64,000 nt of DNA from Candidatus Bathyarchaeota archaeon (GCA_963815095.1 CAWFFH010000003.1:1120001-1184000), one strand, 5' to 3'; shown: positions 30,602-40,627, counted from the first letter of the stretch. A program made the numbers and translations. Notes: a model not told the origin generated them from the sequence alone.

Positions 30602-30606
30602 CTGGC

Positions 30607-31518
30607 TTAAGCGCTCATCAGCTTTAGGTAGATCGCTTTTGCTGAGTACAATCTGTTTTCAGCCTGCTCATAAATTACCGACTTAGGATTCTCGATTGCT
30701 TCTGGGCTTATTTCGTAGCCTCGATGAATTGGCATATCATGCATGATGTATGTGTCGTTGCCTTTGAGAAGTTGGGAGTTGATTTGGTAGGGCATCATGA
30801 GTTTAATGCGTTTTTCTTTTTCTGCCGCAAACTTAGGATCAGTGAAGAATTCCATGTCGATCCAGGTATCTGTGTAAACGAAATCTGCTTCGGCCACTGC
30901 TTGTTTGACATCCAAGGTGGATTGCCAAAGCCCAGTCTTCTTGGCTTTGGAGAGTAACTCCTCGTCTCTTGCTGCTTCATTAAAAATCGGCGCTACCGTT
31001 GTCAGTTTGACTCCTGTTTTGGTACAGCCTTCTATTAGCGAGTTAGTTACGTTGTTGTGGACGCCGATGTAAACAAGTTTGGCTCCTTTGAGTTTACCAT
31101 ATTTTTCTTTGATGGTGATTAAGTCTGCGAGGGCTTGGCTTGGATGATACATCTCATCGCAGCCATTTATGACTGGAACACGGGAAGCCTTAGCCATCTT
31201 GAGCAAATCTGAGTCACAAAGTAACCGGGCCATTATACAGTCGACGTTACGTGATAGGTATTGAAGCTCGTCTGTTATATCTGCTAAAGAGAAGTTGGTT
31301 GTGCGCCAATCGATGTAGAGTGCGTGGCCGCCCAGTTGCGTCATGGCTACTTCAAAAGAAACTCGGGTGCGAGTTGAGGTTTTTTGGAAAATCAGCGCCG
31401 CTGACTTGCCTTCAAAGATTTTTAGGTATTTCCTTGGATTGTGTTTAATTTCTATGCCTAAATCAACCAGTGCACCAAGCTCTTGGCTTGTTAATTCTTT
31501 GAAGTTAATCAGATGCAT
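30607..31518 (-). CDS. argF: Ornithine carbamoyltransferase
   Basis: STRTR, HPSQ, YTDTW, MHDMP (variant of HCLP), QAENR. Confidence 0.88.
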   Translation of the reverse strand: MHLINFKELTSQELGALVDLGIEIKHNPRKYLKIFEGKSAALIFQKTSTRTRVSFEVAMTQLGGHALYIDWRTTNFSLADITDELQYLSRNVDCIMARLLCDSDLLKMAKASRVPVINGCDEMYHPSQALADLITIKEKYGKLKGAKLVYIGVHNNVTNSLIEGCTKTGVKLTTVAPIFNEAARDEELLSKAKKTGLWQSTLDVKQAVAEADFVYTDTWIDMEFFTDPKFAAEKEKRIKLMMPYQINSQLLKGNDTYIMHDMPIHRGYEISPEAIENPKSVIYEQAENRLYSAKAIYLKLMSA

Positions 31519-31618
31519 CTTTTCTATGCCTTCAATAAACGCTGAACCAAGCATGCAATTATAAGCTTTATGCAAAACCTTTTTCCACTACAAACATGAA
31601 CCAATTAAAAGAACAAGC

Positions 31619-32443
31619 ATGATTCTGCTGGTTGCCTCGAACAAAGATGTTGCAAGTTTAAACATCAAAAAGCAAATCCTCAGCTACTACCCTTTCCGCA
31701 AGCTGGCAAAGATATTTCAGCATAACCCCGTTTACGGTGCCGAATTAAATAGCAAAACGCTGAATCTTGTTACCTTAGCCAATGAATCAGTTAAAGCGCA
31801 AGATTTACCCAAAAAGTTTCCAACCGCAAAATCAATTATTTTCATTTCAAGGCACAGCAGTCAAAGTGGTAAACCAACCCTCTCCGTCCATGCTCCGGGA
31901 AACTTTGGAAATGCAGAACTTGGAGGATTGCCTGGCAAACTTTCGGTTTCATCGCCTTATACGATGCAGAATGCCCTAAAAGCGCTCCTGTACCACAAGG
32001 AAAAGTTATCCCTCAACTATGAGGTATCCTTTGAGTGTACTCATCATGGACCCAGTCTTGATATTCCTTGTATGTTTGTTGAGTTGGGAAGTTCTTCTGA
32101 GCAATGGGGTGATTTGAGGGCTGCTGAAGCTGTTGCACACTCCGTGATGTATACGGTTGCCAACTATGCGGCGCCTATCAGTCCTGTGGTTTTGGGTATA
32201 GGGGGAACGCACTACAACCAAAGGTTTACCGTTATGGCTTTGGTCGGTGAATTTGCTTTTGGTCACATGATTCCCAAGTATGCAACTCACCTTGTTGACG
32301 CTGAAATCATATCTCAGTGTATAGAGAAATCTTCCGAGAAAGTGCAGTTGGCTGTTTTGGATTGGAAAGGAATCAGAGGCGAAGACAAACCAAACATACT
32401 CTCAGCTCTGGAAACTGTGGGTTTACCATTTAAGAAAGTGTAA
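31619..32443 (+). CDS. dtdA: D-aminoacyl-tRNA deacylase (DTD2 type)
   Basis: SRHSS, H.PGN, ECTHHGP, FVELGS, GGTHY, GHMIPKY. Confidence 0.92.
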   Translation: MILLVASNKDVASLNIKKQILSYYPFRKLAKIFQHNPVYGAELNSKTLNLVTLANESVKAQDLPKKFPTAKSIIFISRHSSQSGKPTLSVHAPGNFGNAELGGLPGKLSVSSPYTMQNALKALLYHKEKLSLNYEVSFECTHHGPSLDIPCMFVELGSSSEQWGDLRAAEAVAHSVMYTVANYAAPISPVVLGIGGTHYNQRFTVMALVGEFAFGHMIPKYATHLVDAEIISQCIEKSSEKVQLAVLDWKGIRGEDKPNILSALETVGLPFKKV

Positions 32444-32552
32444 ATCTGTCTCTTCAAGGCAACGTTTAAAAGGATTAATACAGTAGTTTTTAAACTAAAA
32501 AGTTACAGTAACGTTTATTATTCCTAATTGAAATGTTGAGTGTGCGGTAAAA

Positions 32553-32729
32553 ATGGGCGTAAAAGATTGGCTTCAACAGGCTGCAAGAACTTTAAAGCTA
32601 GCTGTAAAACCGGGGCGCGAAGAGCTTTGGCTCTCAATTAAAATTAGCCTCTTAGGTATAGGTGCTGTTGGCTTAATTGGCTTCGTAGTTAAACTGTTAT
32701 CTTACGCCGTTGGCGGCGCATCAAAGTAG
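32553..32729 (+). CDS. secE: Protein translocase SecE/Sec61gamma
   Basis: Not in ORF track; MGVKDWLQQAARTLKLAVKPGREELWLSIKISLLGIGAVGLIGFVVKLL...; precedes spt5. Confidence 0.9.
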   Translation: MGVKDWLQQAARTLKLAVKPGREELWLSIKISLLGIGAVGLIGFVVKLLSYAVGGASK

Positions 32730-32742
32730 AGAGTGCTTGACC

Positions 32743-33216
32743 ATGGATAAAAAAGAAGACTTTAGTCAACAAATAAAAATCTTCGTTGTAAAGACAACTA
32801 CTGGTCAAGAACGCAACGTAGCCCGGTTAATCGCGTCAAAAGTTGAAATGTCACATATTCCTATTAAGGCTCTTCTTGTTCCAGATACCCTCAAAGGCTA
32901 CGTGTTTATTGAGGCAGATGGACCACATCTTGTGGAAGAAGCAATTACAGGTGTCAGACACGTCCGTTCCAGAATCCCGGGGCTTGTAAGTTTCGCGGAA
33001 ATTGAACGTTACATAGTGCGTAAACCAGTCATGGAAGACCTCAACGAAGATGACGTCGTCGAAATTACTGGTGGTCCCTTCAAAGGTATGCGTGCTAAAA
33101 TCACACGACTGGACAAATCTAAAGCCGAAGTTACCCTGGAATTGCTTGAAGCAACATTTACTTTGCCTATCACAGTACATTCAGACTATGTAAAACTAGT
33201 TGAAAAAGCAAAATAA
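32743..33216 (+). CDS. spt5: Transcription elongation factor Spt5
   Basis: TTTGQE, KGYVFIEA, KOW motif GGPFKG. Confidence 0.96.
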   Translation: MDKKEDFSQQIKIFVVKTTTGQERNVARLIASKVEMSHIPIKALLVPDTLKGYVFIEADGPHLVEEAITGVRHVRSRIPGLVSFAEIERYIVRKPVMEDLNEDDVVEITGGPFKGMRAKITRLDKSKAEVTLELLEATFTLPITVHSDYVKLVEKAK

Positions 33217-33229
33217 ACGGTGAAACAAA

Positions 33230-33721
33230 ATGTCAGAGAAAAAAGTTGTAGAATTAATTGTCAGCGGCGGACAAGCCAATGCAGGTCCCCCATTAGGTCC
33301 AGCTCTTGGTCCACTTGGCGTAAACATAGTGGCTATTGTCAACAAAATCAACGAAATCACAAAAGAATACTCTGGAATGAAAGTTCCAGTAAAAATCAGC
33401 GTTGACACAGAAGACAAAACCTTCGAAGTAACTGTTGGTACACCCACTGCATCCGCACTCATAGTTGCTGAACTCAAAGTTGAAAAGGGCTCAGGCACAC
33501 CAAACACCGTAAAAATTGGCGACTTAACTATGGAGCAGATAGTGAAGATAGCAAAAATTAAAGGTCCTCAACTTTTAGCTCCAACTGTCAAAAAGGCAAC
33601 TAAAGAGTTACTTGGTACCTGCGTGAGTTTAGGTGTTACCGTAGAAGGCAAAGATCCCCGAGAAATCCAGAAAGACATTGACGCTGGCAACTACGAACAA
33701 CTATTTGGTACTCAACAATGA
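33230..33721 (+). CDS. rpl11: 50S ribosomal protein uL11
   Basis: GPPLGPALGPLG, GTC.SLG. Confidence 0.97.
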   Translation: MSEKKVVELIVSGGQANAGPPLGPALGPLGVNIVAIVNKINEITKEYSGMKVPVKISVDTEDKTFEVTVGTPTASALIVAELKVEKGSGTPNTVKIGDLTMEQIVKIAKIKGPQLLAPTVKKATKELLGTCVSLGVTVEGKDPREIQKDIDAGNYEQLFGTQQ

Positions 33722-33776
33722 TAAGCGAATATTTTTATAATGGGTTTCAAATCTCTCAATGGCACGAGGCTTAAAA

Positions 33777-34430
33777 ATGCCCCTAGACAACAAGACTATA
33801 ACCGAAGCAATTAAACAGGCAAAGGCAAAATCTGGTCAGAAAAAATTCAACCAGACTGTAGATTTGATTCTCGATATCGTCGAGATCGACATGAAGTCGC
33901 CAGAAGGCAAAATTCAAGAAGTTGTAGAACTTCCTCATGTAACAGGCAAACCGAACAAAATCTGTGTCGTTGCTTCAAGCGGAGATTTCATTGTAAAAGC
34001 GAAGAGCTCTCAAGCTGATAAAGTAATTGAACGTGCAGACTTAGATGCGTTAAGCGGCAAAAAGAAAGATCTTCGCAAACTCGCCAATGAATATGACGTC
34101 TTTATCTGCGAAGCCCCATTAATGCCGCTTGTAGGTAAAACGCTTGGTCCAGTTTTAGGTCCCAGAGGCAAGATGCCTATTCCAGTTCCACCAAACGCAG
34201 ATATTGCTGCCCTGATAAACAAGCACCGCAAAACTGTGGTTGTGAGAATGCGTACCCAGCCGATTATCCAAGTTTCCGTTGGCTCTGAACAGATGAAAGA
34301 TGAAGAACTTGTCGATAACACTATGACTGTTCTCCGTGTATTAGATGGAAAACTAAAACGTGGCTTGAAAAACGTAAAGTACGCTTTTGTCAAAACCTCT
34401 ATGGGTGAACCGGTCAAAATTAAAGCTTAA
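33777..34430 (+). CDS. rpl1: 50S ribosomal protein uL1
   Basis: FNQTVDL, LGPRGKMP, KTSMG. Confidence 0.97.
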   Translation: MPLDNKTITEAIKQAKAKSGQKKFNQTVDLILDIVEIDMKSPEGKIQEVVELPHVTGKPNKICVVASSGDFIVKAKSSQADKVIERADLDALSGKKKDLRKLANEYDVFICEAPLMPLVGKTLGPVLGPRGKMPIPVPPNADIAALINKHRKTVVVRMRTQPIIQVSVGSEQMKDEELVDNTMTVLRVLDGKLKRGLKNVKYAFVKTSMGEPVKIKA

Positions 34431-34445
34431 GCGAGAAGAAAAACT

Positions 34446-35309
34446 ATGCCGTCTCAACAAGTATTAGAAGCAAAATCAACTGAAGTAGATGCAATAAAGG
34501 ACATTCTCAAAGAATACAAATCCATTGGCATCGCCAGCCTGAAGAAGGTTCGAGCTTCCCAACTTCAAGAACTAAAGAAAAGCATGACTGGCAAGGTTTA
34601 CCTCCGCGTCCTAAAGAACACACTCATCAGAATTGCCTTAGAAGAGATGAATCAAACAGACCTCAAAAAACTCGAGGAATACTTGGAAGGATCAAACGTT
34701 TTCCTCTTCACTGACCTCAACCCCTTCAAACTAGCATTGTTGCTGGAACACGGCAAAGTTAAAACAACTGCCAAATCAGGCGACATAGCCGCGATGGATG
34801 TGGTTATTCCATCTGGAAACACAGGTCAACCACCAGGACCAGTTATCAGCCAACTCAACGCAGTTGGGTTACCTACAAGAATCGAGTCAGGAAGCGTCTG
34901 GATCAGCAAAGATACCTTAGTTGTCCGCAGAGGCGAAATCATCAACGAACGACTCGCAGGTGTCCTCGCAAAACTTGGTATCAAAGCAGTTGAACTCGGT
35001 ATATCCATGCGCGCAGTCTTCGACAACGGCATAATTATCGCCGGCGATCAACTCAAAGTTGATGTTGACGCAACACGCAGGAGCGTCCAATCAAGCAACT
35101 CAGAAGCATTTGCATTAGCCCTCGAGATAGGCTACGCAAGCAAAGACACCATCAAACCACTACTCCAGCGAGCACATCAAAAAGCAGTCGCACTATCTGT
35201 AAGCGCAACCATACCTACAAAAGACACAATCGCAGACATCATCCGCAAAGCAAACGCAGAAATGACAAGCCTAAGCGGCGCAGCCGATAAGGTTAAGCCT
35301 AAAGCTTAA
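34446..35309 (+). CDS. rpl10: 50S ribosomal protein uL10 (P0), lacking acidic C-terminal tail
   Basis: KNTL, NPFKL, TGQPPGP, LGIK. Confidence 0.95.
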   Translation: MPSQQVLEAKSTEVDAIKDILKEYKSIGIASLKKVRASQLQELKKSMTGKVYLRVLKNTLIRIALEEMNQTDLKKLEEYLEGSNVFLFTDLNPFKLALLLEHGKVKTTAKSGDIAAMDVVIPSGNTGQPPGPVISQLNAVGLPTRIESGSVWISKDTLVVRRGEIINERLAGVLAKLGIKAVELGISMRAVFDNGIIIAGDQLKVDVDATRRSVQSSNSEAFALALEIGYASKDTIKPLLQRAHQKAVALSVSATIPTKDTIADIIRKANAEMTSLSGAADKVKPKA

Positions 35310-35423
35310 ACCTAAATTTTTCATTTCTTATTTTTTAAAAGAGAATTTTTTTTAACTTCAACTGTTGACATTTTTCTTGGTGTTCAACGTAAGATCGCTA
35401 TAATTGTTGCATTGAAGTTGTTG

Positions 35424-35450
35424 TATCAGTTTGTAGCCAACAAACTGATA
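35424..35450. promoter_or_regulatory. Perfect 10-bp inverted repeat overlapping a putative promoter
   Basis: TATCAGTTTG-tagccaa-CAAACTGATA running into TATATT. Confidence 0.5.
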
Positions 35451-35496
35451 TATTCTTTAAAATCTTCTCTTCTTACAAGAAGAGATAGCCTGAATA

Positions 35497-35586
35497 GTTA
35501 GGCAGGTCGAGTTGCCAACAAAAGGTGAGGTTTTTGCATTTTTCTCCTCCTTATCTTCTGGCTGCGGTTGGCTTGACCTGCTTAAC
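35497..35586 (+). ncRNA. Candidate small RNA hairpin element B
   Basis: About 18-bp stem GTTAGGCAGGTCGAGTTG / TTGGCTTGACCTGCTTAAC with several G-U pairs, which imply the + strand; CU-rich loop; T-tract after. Confidence 0.55.
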
Positions 35587-35610
35587 CATATTTTTAATAA
35601 AGAAATTGTT

Positions 35611-36087
35611 CTATATCTTTTTTGTCATGACATAGGCGTCTTCGCCGTCAGAATAGTAGCCGTTGATGGTTCGGGTTATTTCAAAACCTAGTTTCTTATA
35701 GAGGGAAATTCCCGCTTCGTTTGTTACGCGCACTTCCAGAAAGCCCTGTTTTGCCTTGTAGTACTCCATGCCTTCTAGTGCTTTGTTGATTAATGCGGAA
35801 GCCATGCCTTTGCGTCTGTTCTGAGGTAAAACTGCGATGGAAACCACATGTCCTTTACGGATTAAGCCGCCGAACCCAAAATTTGACAAGCCGACTTCGA
35901 TGCGGCACATAATGTACCCGCCTATTTTTCCATCTTCTTCAGCTACGATGAAGGTTTCTGGGAACCTTTGATGGAGGTCTACAAAGAAGAAGTCGGTGTA
36001 GTTTTCTGGGAGGCAGACGCGGTTGATTTGCATTACGCTCTGCAGGTCATTAGGAACGAATTTTCGCAGCGTGAAGGTTTGTTGCAT
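35611..36087 (-). CDS. rimI: N-alpha-acetyltransferase (RimI/Ard1)
   Basis: LPENY, GHVVSIAV, RRKG, LEVRVTN, YYSDGEDA. Confidence 0.92.
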   Translation of the reverse strand: MQQTFTLRKFVPNDLQSVMQINRVCLPENYTDFFFVDLHQRFPETFIVAEEDGKIGGYIMCRIEVGLSNFGFGGLIRKGHVVSIAVLPQNRRKGMASALINKALEGMEYYKAKQGFLEVRVTNEAGISLYKKLGFEITRTINGYYSDGEDAYVMTKKI

Positions 36088-36186
36088 CGTTTCGCCTTGC
36101 CTAAACCAAATTTCAATGTTTAAACTTAAAGGTTACGCTTTAAAGGTCAACCGCTCGCTTTCCTGTGAGCTTTGGCAGATACTTGT

Positions 36187-37470
36187 TTAGGTTTTTGTTT
36201 CCTCAGCAGTCTTAAACACTGGCAATGTGTAGCTTCCCCACGGCATAGCCCAAACTCTTGATGCTGAACCCGCAATTTTTAGCGCCTCTGCCAAAGCGTC
36301 GTTTACGGCGCGTGCTGTTTTAAGCTTGAATACGCTGGCCGCATAGTACTCTGGCAAAGAAGAAACCAAAATAATTGGGTGATTCTGCAACGCTTTTAGG
36401 AGGTAGTACGTTTTGTATCCGCCGAGGACAAAGTTGCGTTTTATTTCACGTTCGACGTTTTTGATATCGGAGAGACGTGTCATCCATTCATAGAAGACTT
36501 GGTTGCCGTGTCCTTCTGGGCACTCTGCAACAAGGATTATGACTCCGCCGCGTTTGACGGCGTCTATGGAGTTGTCTAAGCCTTTGTAGGCTTCATAGAG
36601 GCTAATGTCTGAAGGGTATCCGCCTGGGCTAACCACGATGATGTCGGCTCGGCGGTCGACTGTTATTTTATACATTTTATCGTAAAGTTTCACTGCTTCC
36701 AAAAACGCTGCATCCAAGTCGCCCGCAAACGCTTTCACAACTTCGCCTTTGCGGTTTGCAACAACGTTAACTATAAAGTCTACTTTAGCTAATCGAGCTG
36801 CCTCTGTCATATCCACATGCACAGGGTTATCTACTAAATTTCCCGATCTTGCATTGGCGCTTACAAGCATGCCGTGGTTTTGCTTGATGGTTTCTTCCCC
36901 ACAAATCCCGGGCAAAACCCCTTTTCTTCCCCCACCGTAACCAGCATAATAGTTAAGGTCCACATCACCCAAAAGTACCTTAACATCAGATTCCATAAAC
37001 ACTCGGTTCACCAAAACCTTGTTATTATATGTCTTGGTTGTGCCCACATTTACCAAGTCTGCCGCCCGAAAATCATGACTAACCGTTTTCACTCTTTTTA
37101 GGGCTTCTTCACCAATCAGCTTTAGAGCTTCTTCGGGTTTTACTGCCCCATAGGTTCCGCAGCCAAAAACAACCGTGACATTCTCGTCTTTTACCCCTGC
37201 CCCGTTGAGTTCAGCGAGGACCGGTAAAAGCATAATTTCACCAGGAGTTTTGCGGGTGGCAACATCCACAACGATGGCAACTTTGTACTCAGGCTTAACA
37301 AGCTCAGATAAGCGTTTTGTGCCAATAGGTTCTTTGAGCGCTCGATCAACCTCAGCCTTCGGGTCCGCCGCTGCTGGCTGCTCTTTAGGTTCCATTGTTC
37401 CCAAAAGATTTCGAGCTGGAACACGAACACAAACATCGGTTTTTCCGTAGGGTAACCAAACATCCACCAT
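36187..37470 (-). CDS. LarA family (nickel-pincer lactate racemase-like) protein with degenerate catalytic residues
   Basis: LPYG, AGYGGGRK, NH, SPGGYP.D, AEC.EG.G; GTY and LNY in place of GTH and PHY. Confidence 0.8.
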   Translation of the reverse strand: MVDVWLPYGKTDVCVRVPARNLLGTMEPKEQPAAADPKAEVDRALKEPIGTKRLSELVKPEYKVAIVVDVATRKTPGEIMLLPVLAELNGAGVKDENVTVVFGCGTYGAVKPEEALKLIGEEALKRVKTVSHDFRAADLVNVGTTKTYNNKVLVNRVFMESDVKVLLGDVDLNYYAGYGGGRKGVLPGICGEETIKQNHGMLVSANARSGNLVDNPVHVDMTEAARLAKVDFIVNVVANRKGEVVKAFAGDLDAAFLEAVKLYDKMYKITVDRRADIIVVSPGGYPSDISLYEAYKGLDNSIDAVKRGGVIILVAECPEGHGNQVFYEWMTRLSDIKNVEREIKRNFVLGGYKTYYLLKALQNHPIILVSSLPEYYAASVFKLKTARAVNDALAEALKIAGSASRVWAMPWGSYTLPVFKTAEETKT

Positions 37471-37587
37471 GACAGGTCACGTAATTTAGAATGTACTCGG
37501 CGCAAGAAACTATTAAGCCTTATCAAAACGTAGAGGGTGCAGCATAACAATAAAAAAATCAAATTAAATTGAGGGAATTTTAGTTAG

Positions 37588-38685
37588 TTATTTTTTGCCT
37601 TTTGCTGCTTCTAACTTGGTAGGTAAATATTCGTCGACGATGTAGGTTAATCCGTAGCGGCTGAAAGCTTCAAGTTCCGTTTTACGTTTAATTTTGAGGA
37701 ACATTTTGATTTCTCTTTGCCAGACGGGGTCGTTTTGGTATCTTGGGTCTTTTTGTAATTCGTAGAGACGTTTTATGTCTACTTCGTCGAGTGGGTCGGT
37801 GGGTAGTTTGTATTCGACGATGTCGCTTGCCCAAACTCCGCTCCAAACTGCGTCGGGTGTGTTTAGGTCTCGCAGGTGGGCTGCGTTGGCTGAGCCTGAG
37901 ATGATGACTTGGGCAATGTGCATTCCCCATGGGTCGCCGTCGGTGAGGATGAATACTGGGAGGCCGAGTTCGTCGTGGAGTCGGCGTATGAAGCTTCGGG
38001 TTTGTCTTGGGGCTTGGCCACCGCATGAAATTAAAAGGGATTTGTGTTTGTTGTGAACGTTTTCTTCAATGAATCTTGTGAAGAGAGCACCTTTTTCGAT
38101 GGCTATGACTTTGTCTGCGCTGGTTTTTATGAATTCTGAAGAGGTTACTGCTGGTCCGATGAGTACGCCATCTGGGTGGCTGGTTAAATTCACTGTTTTG
38201 CCTTCGTAGCCTGGAACTGTGTAGCCGATATCTAAGTCGCCGAAAATTGCGCTGCGTTCTTCGGGAAATATGCTGAAGTCTTCTCGTGCAAAGCCTGTGA
38301 GGGTTTCAAGGTCGGTGATGATGTTGTTTGATTCTTGCTGGTCAGTAAAAGTCATCTCGTATGCTTGAGCTGAATAGTAAACGTCTCTTAGGGTTGAGGT
38401 TTTACGTTTGCTGGTTAATTCATTGCTGAACATCGCGCACCATGCGAGTTGGGTGAAGGGCTTGATGTGGCGGATGTTGCGAGCGGTTCTGCCCACGTTT
38501 TTCTCGCCAAGGATGTATTGGCGTAAAGCTGGGTCATAGTTGATGTTTTCTGTGGAGCGGCTTGGCATGTTGATAGTTGGAAAAACACCTTGGTCCAGCT
38601 GATCATAGATTGAGGTGCCGAACGTTTTCAGCGTTTCAAGAACTTCGAGTTTTCTTTCAGTTATCTTAGCTTTCTTCTGCTCCAT
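37588..38685 (-). CDS. top6A: DNA topoisomerase VI subunit A
   Basis: TLRDVYY, IEK, GQAP, DGDPWG, ELEA. Confidence 0.96.
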   Translation of the reverse strand: MEQKKAKITERKLEVLETLKTFGTSIYDQLDQGVFPTINMPSRSTENINYDPALRQYILGEKNVGRTARNIRHIKPFTQLAWCAMFSNELTSKRKTSTLRDVYYSAQAYEMTFTDQQESNNIITDLETLTGFAREDFSIFPEERSAIFGDLDIGYTVPGYEGKTVNLTSHPDGVLIGPAVTSSEFIKTSADKVIAIEKGALFTRFIEENVHNKHKSLLISCGGQAPRQTRSFIRRLHDELGLPVFILTDGDPWGMHIAQVIISGSANAAHLRDLNTPDAVWSGVWASDIVEYKLPTDPLDEVDIKRLYELQKDPRYQNDPVWQREIKMFLKIKRKTELEAFSRYGLTYIVDEYLPTKLEAAKGKK

Positions 38686-40192
38686 ATTTCTGCACACTCT
38701 TAAGTAATTTTTCTATGTCAGGAAGCTTGTCTTTTTGGGCAAGGGTGGTTGAGAACTCTGCGATTTTGGGTAGGTACTTGCTGAAAATTCCCAGTCGCTT
38801 CTTTTCCATGTGTACGTGCTCTTGTTTGGCTAAGAAATGTTGTAGTTGACGTGCAACTTCGCGCAGGGCATTTGCGACTTCTCTGCGTACTTCGGGGCGG
38901 TCGGAGATGAATTCTTTGCCTACGGTTTTGTAGGGGACTTTGGTGCTGCATATGTGGACAACTATTGCGATGGGCATTTCGGGAGCGACTTTGTATCGAC
39001 GCCAGTTCATGGCTGCGATTACGCGGTAGGAAACGTCGCTTGCTTCGTCGTATAGAAGGGGGATTTTGTTAGCGAAACGGTAAATAACAAATGTGCCGCG
39101 TTTGGGTACGCCTCCGCCATAAGCCATGGCTAACTCCACAATGAATGGGTGCCCGGCGTAAGTGGATGGTTTGCGTTGGTGAACCACAAGGTACTCTGGG
39201 CTGAGTTCTTTTTGGATGCCTGCCTTAAGTAGATCTTCGCCAAGTGGTGAGAGGCAACTGGCATCTGGAGGAAGGAAGTCCTTGTATTTTTTGAGGTTCT
39301 GCATTAAACTCACGATTTCTTCATGAGCCAGTTTTTTGGGATTTTTGTTTTGGGGAATACCTGCGAACTCGAGGAATTTTATGGCAGTAATTTCGCCGAC
39401 TCGGTGAAAGTGTCCTTTTAAGAACTCTTTCATGTTACTGAAGGTTGTTAATGCGATGAGGCGTTGGAGGAGTTCAACATCAACACCGTATGGGTGGGGC
39501 ATGGTTTCCTTGGGAGGCTCAGGCATGACGGTGGTTGCCCTTGTAAACTTGTAGAGTCTGCCTTTAGGGTCAACAAAAGTTATGTTTGCATAAGGGTTAA
39601 CCATTGCAGTTTGCTTGAAGTACTCTATAATTTTGGGCATAGCCCTCAGATAGTCGCCTTCCAAGGTGAACTCTACGATGGTTCCTCGCCAACAATCTTT
39701 GTTGATGAGGACTTTGCGGTCTATAATTATAGGTTTGTTCCGCTGGATATCAATCATTAACTTGAAACTGTAAATTTTCTCTTGACCCGTGCTTGAGGTT
39801 ACAAAAACTGGTTGGTGGGTTGTGATTTGTCCGTAGAGCACTGCCATTTTTCCGCCTAAGCCGAACGTGCCTCTTGCTTGTTTGAGTTTATATTTGCTGC
39901 CGTAGAGGACTTGGCCGAAGGCTGAGGGAATGAATCGGGGTGGGATTCCGCTGCCGTTGTCTTCGACACGGAGTTTGTAGATTTGGGTTTCTTTGGTTGC
40001 TTCTCCTTCGTAGGATAGGCGTACGTAGACGTCAGGCGGGATTTTTTGGCTCTCAGCCGCGTCGAGTGAGTTTTCTACGATTTCTCGTATGGCTACAAAA
40101 ATGGCGCGCGAAGGATTTGTTAAGCCTGCAATGTCTCTGTTACGGTAGAAAAAGTCAGATGCGCTGATTTCTTCAAACGTTGCTTGAGCCAC
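38666..40192 (-). CDS. top6B: DNA topoisomerase VI subunit B
   Basis: EIVENSLDA, DNGSGI, RGTFGLG, PHPYGVD, RFANKIPL. Confidence 0.97.
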   Translation of the reverse strand: MAQATFEEISASDFFYRNRDIAGLTNPSRAIFVAIREIVENSLDAAESQKIPPDVYVRLSYEGEATKETQIYKLRVEDNGSGIPPRFIPSAFGQVLYGSKYKLKQARGTFGLGGKMAVLYGQITTHQPVFVTSSTGQEKIYSFKLMIDIQRNKPIIIDRKVLINKDCWRGTIVEFTLEGDYLRAMPKIIEYFKQTAMVNPYANITFVDPKGRLYKFTRATTVMPEPPKETMPHPYGVDVELLQRLIALTTFSNMKEFLKGHFHRVGEITAIKFLEFAGIPQNKNPKKLAHEEIVSLMQNLKKYKDFLPPDASCLSPLGEDLLKAGIQKELSPEYLVVHQRKPSTYAGHPFIVELAMAYGGGVPKRGTFVIYRFANKIPLLYDEASDVSYRVIAAMNWRRYKVAPEMPIAIVVHICSTKVPYKTVGKEFISDRPEVRREVANALREVARQLQHFLAKQEHVHMEKKRLGIFSKYLPKIAEFSTTLAQKDKLPDIEKLLKSVQKYGAEES

Positions 40193-40547
40193 TTGTAGCT
40201 ACACCACTTTCCCCGGTTTTAGTTTGCAATTGCTAAGTATATTTGCTGCTGGTTCTTTAAGTTAACTGCACTCTACGGAGAAAAACCTTTTCTAAAAGTA
40301 TGCTATAAAATTGTTTAATGGTTACTTTTGCCACAAATATGTAAAATAGTGGATTGTTCTATTGTTCTGTCTGTAGCGAATTCTTTGTAATTTTTTGGTT
40401 TATTTTTGTGTTTGAGTGTTGTACAGTTTGTTTTTTGGGGGTTTTGGATGTTGGTTTGGTTTGTTTTGGGTTGTTTTTGTATGGTTGTGGTATGCTTGGG
40501 TTATGTCTGAGGGTTTATATCGGGCTTTGGGGTATCTATGTAATTGT

Positions 40548-40571
40548 AATATGTCCGTATAAAGACATATT
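40548..40571. promoter_or_regulatory. Inverted repeat (ATGT-N10-ACAT core), candidate PadR operator
   Basis: AATATGTC-cgtataaa-GACATATT about 30 nt downstream of TTTATAT (40514), upstream of the PadR gene. Confidence 0.6.
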
Positions 40572-40627
40572 GTATACAGGTACAACAGAAAAACTGTTCA
40601 ACAAAAATACAAGTCAGGGAGAAAAAA

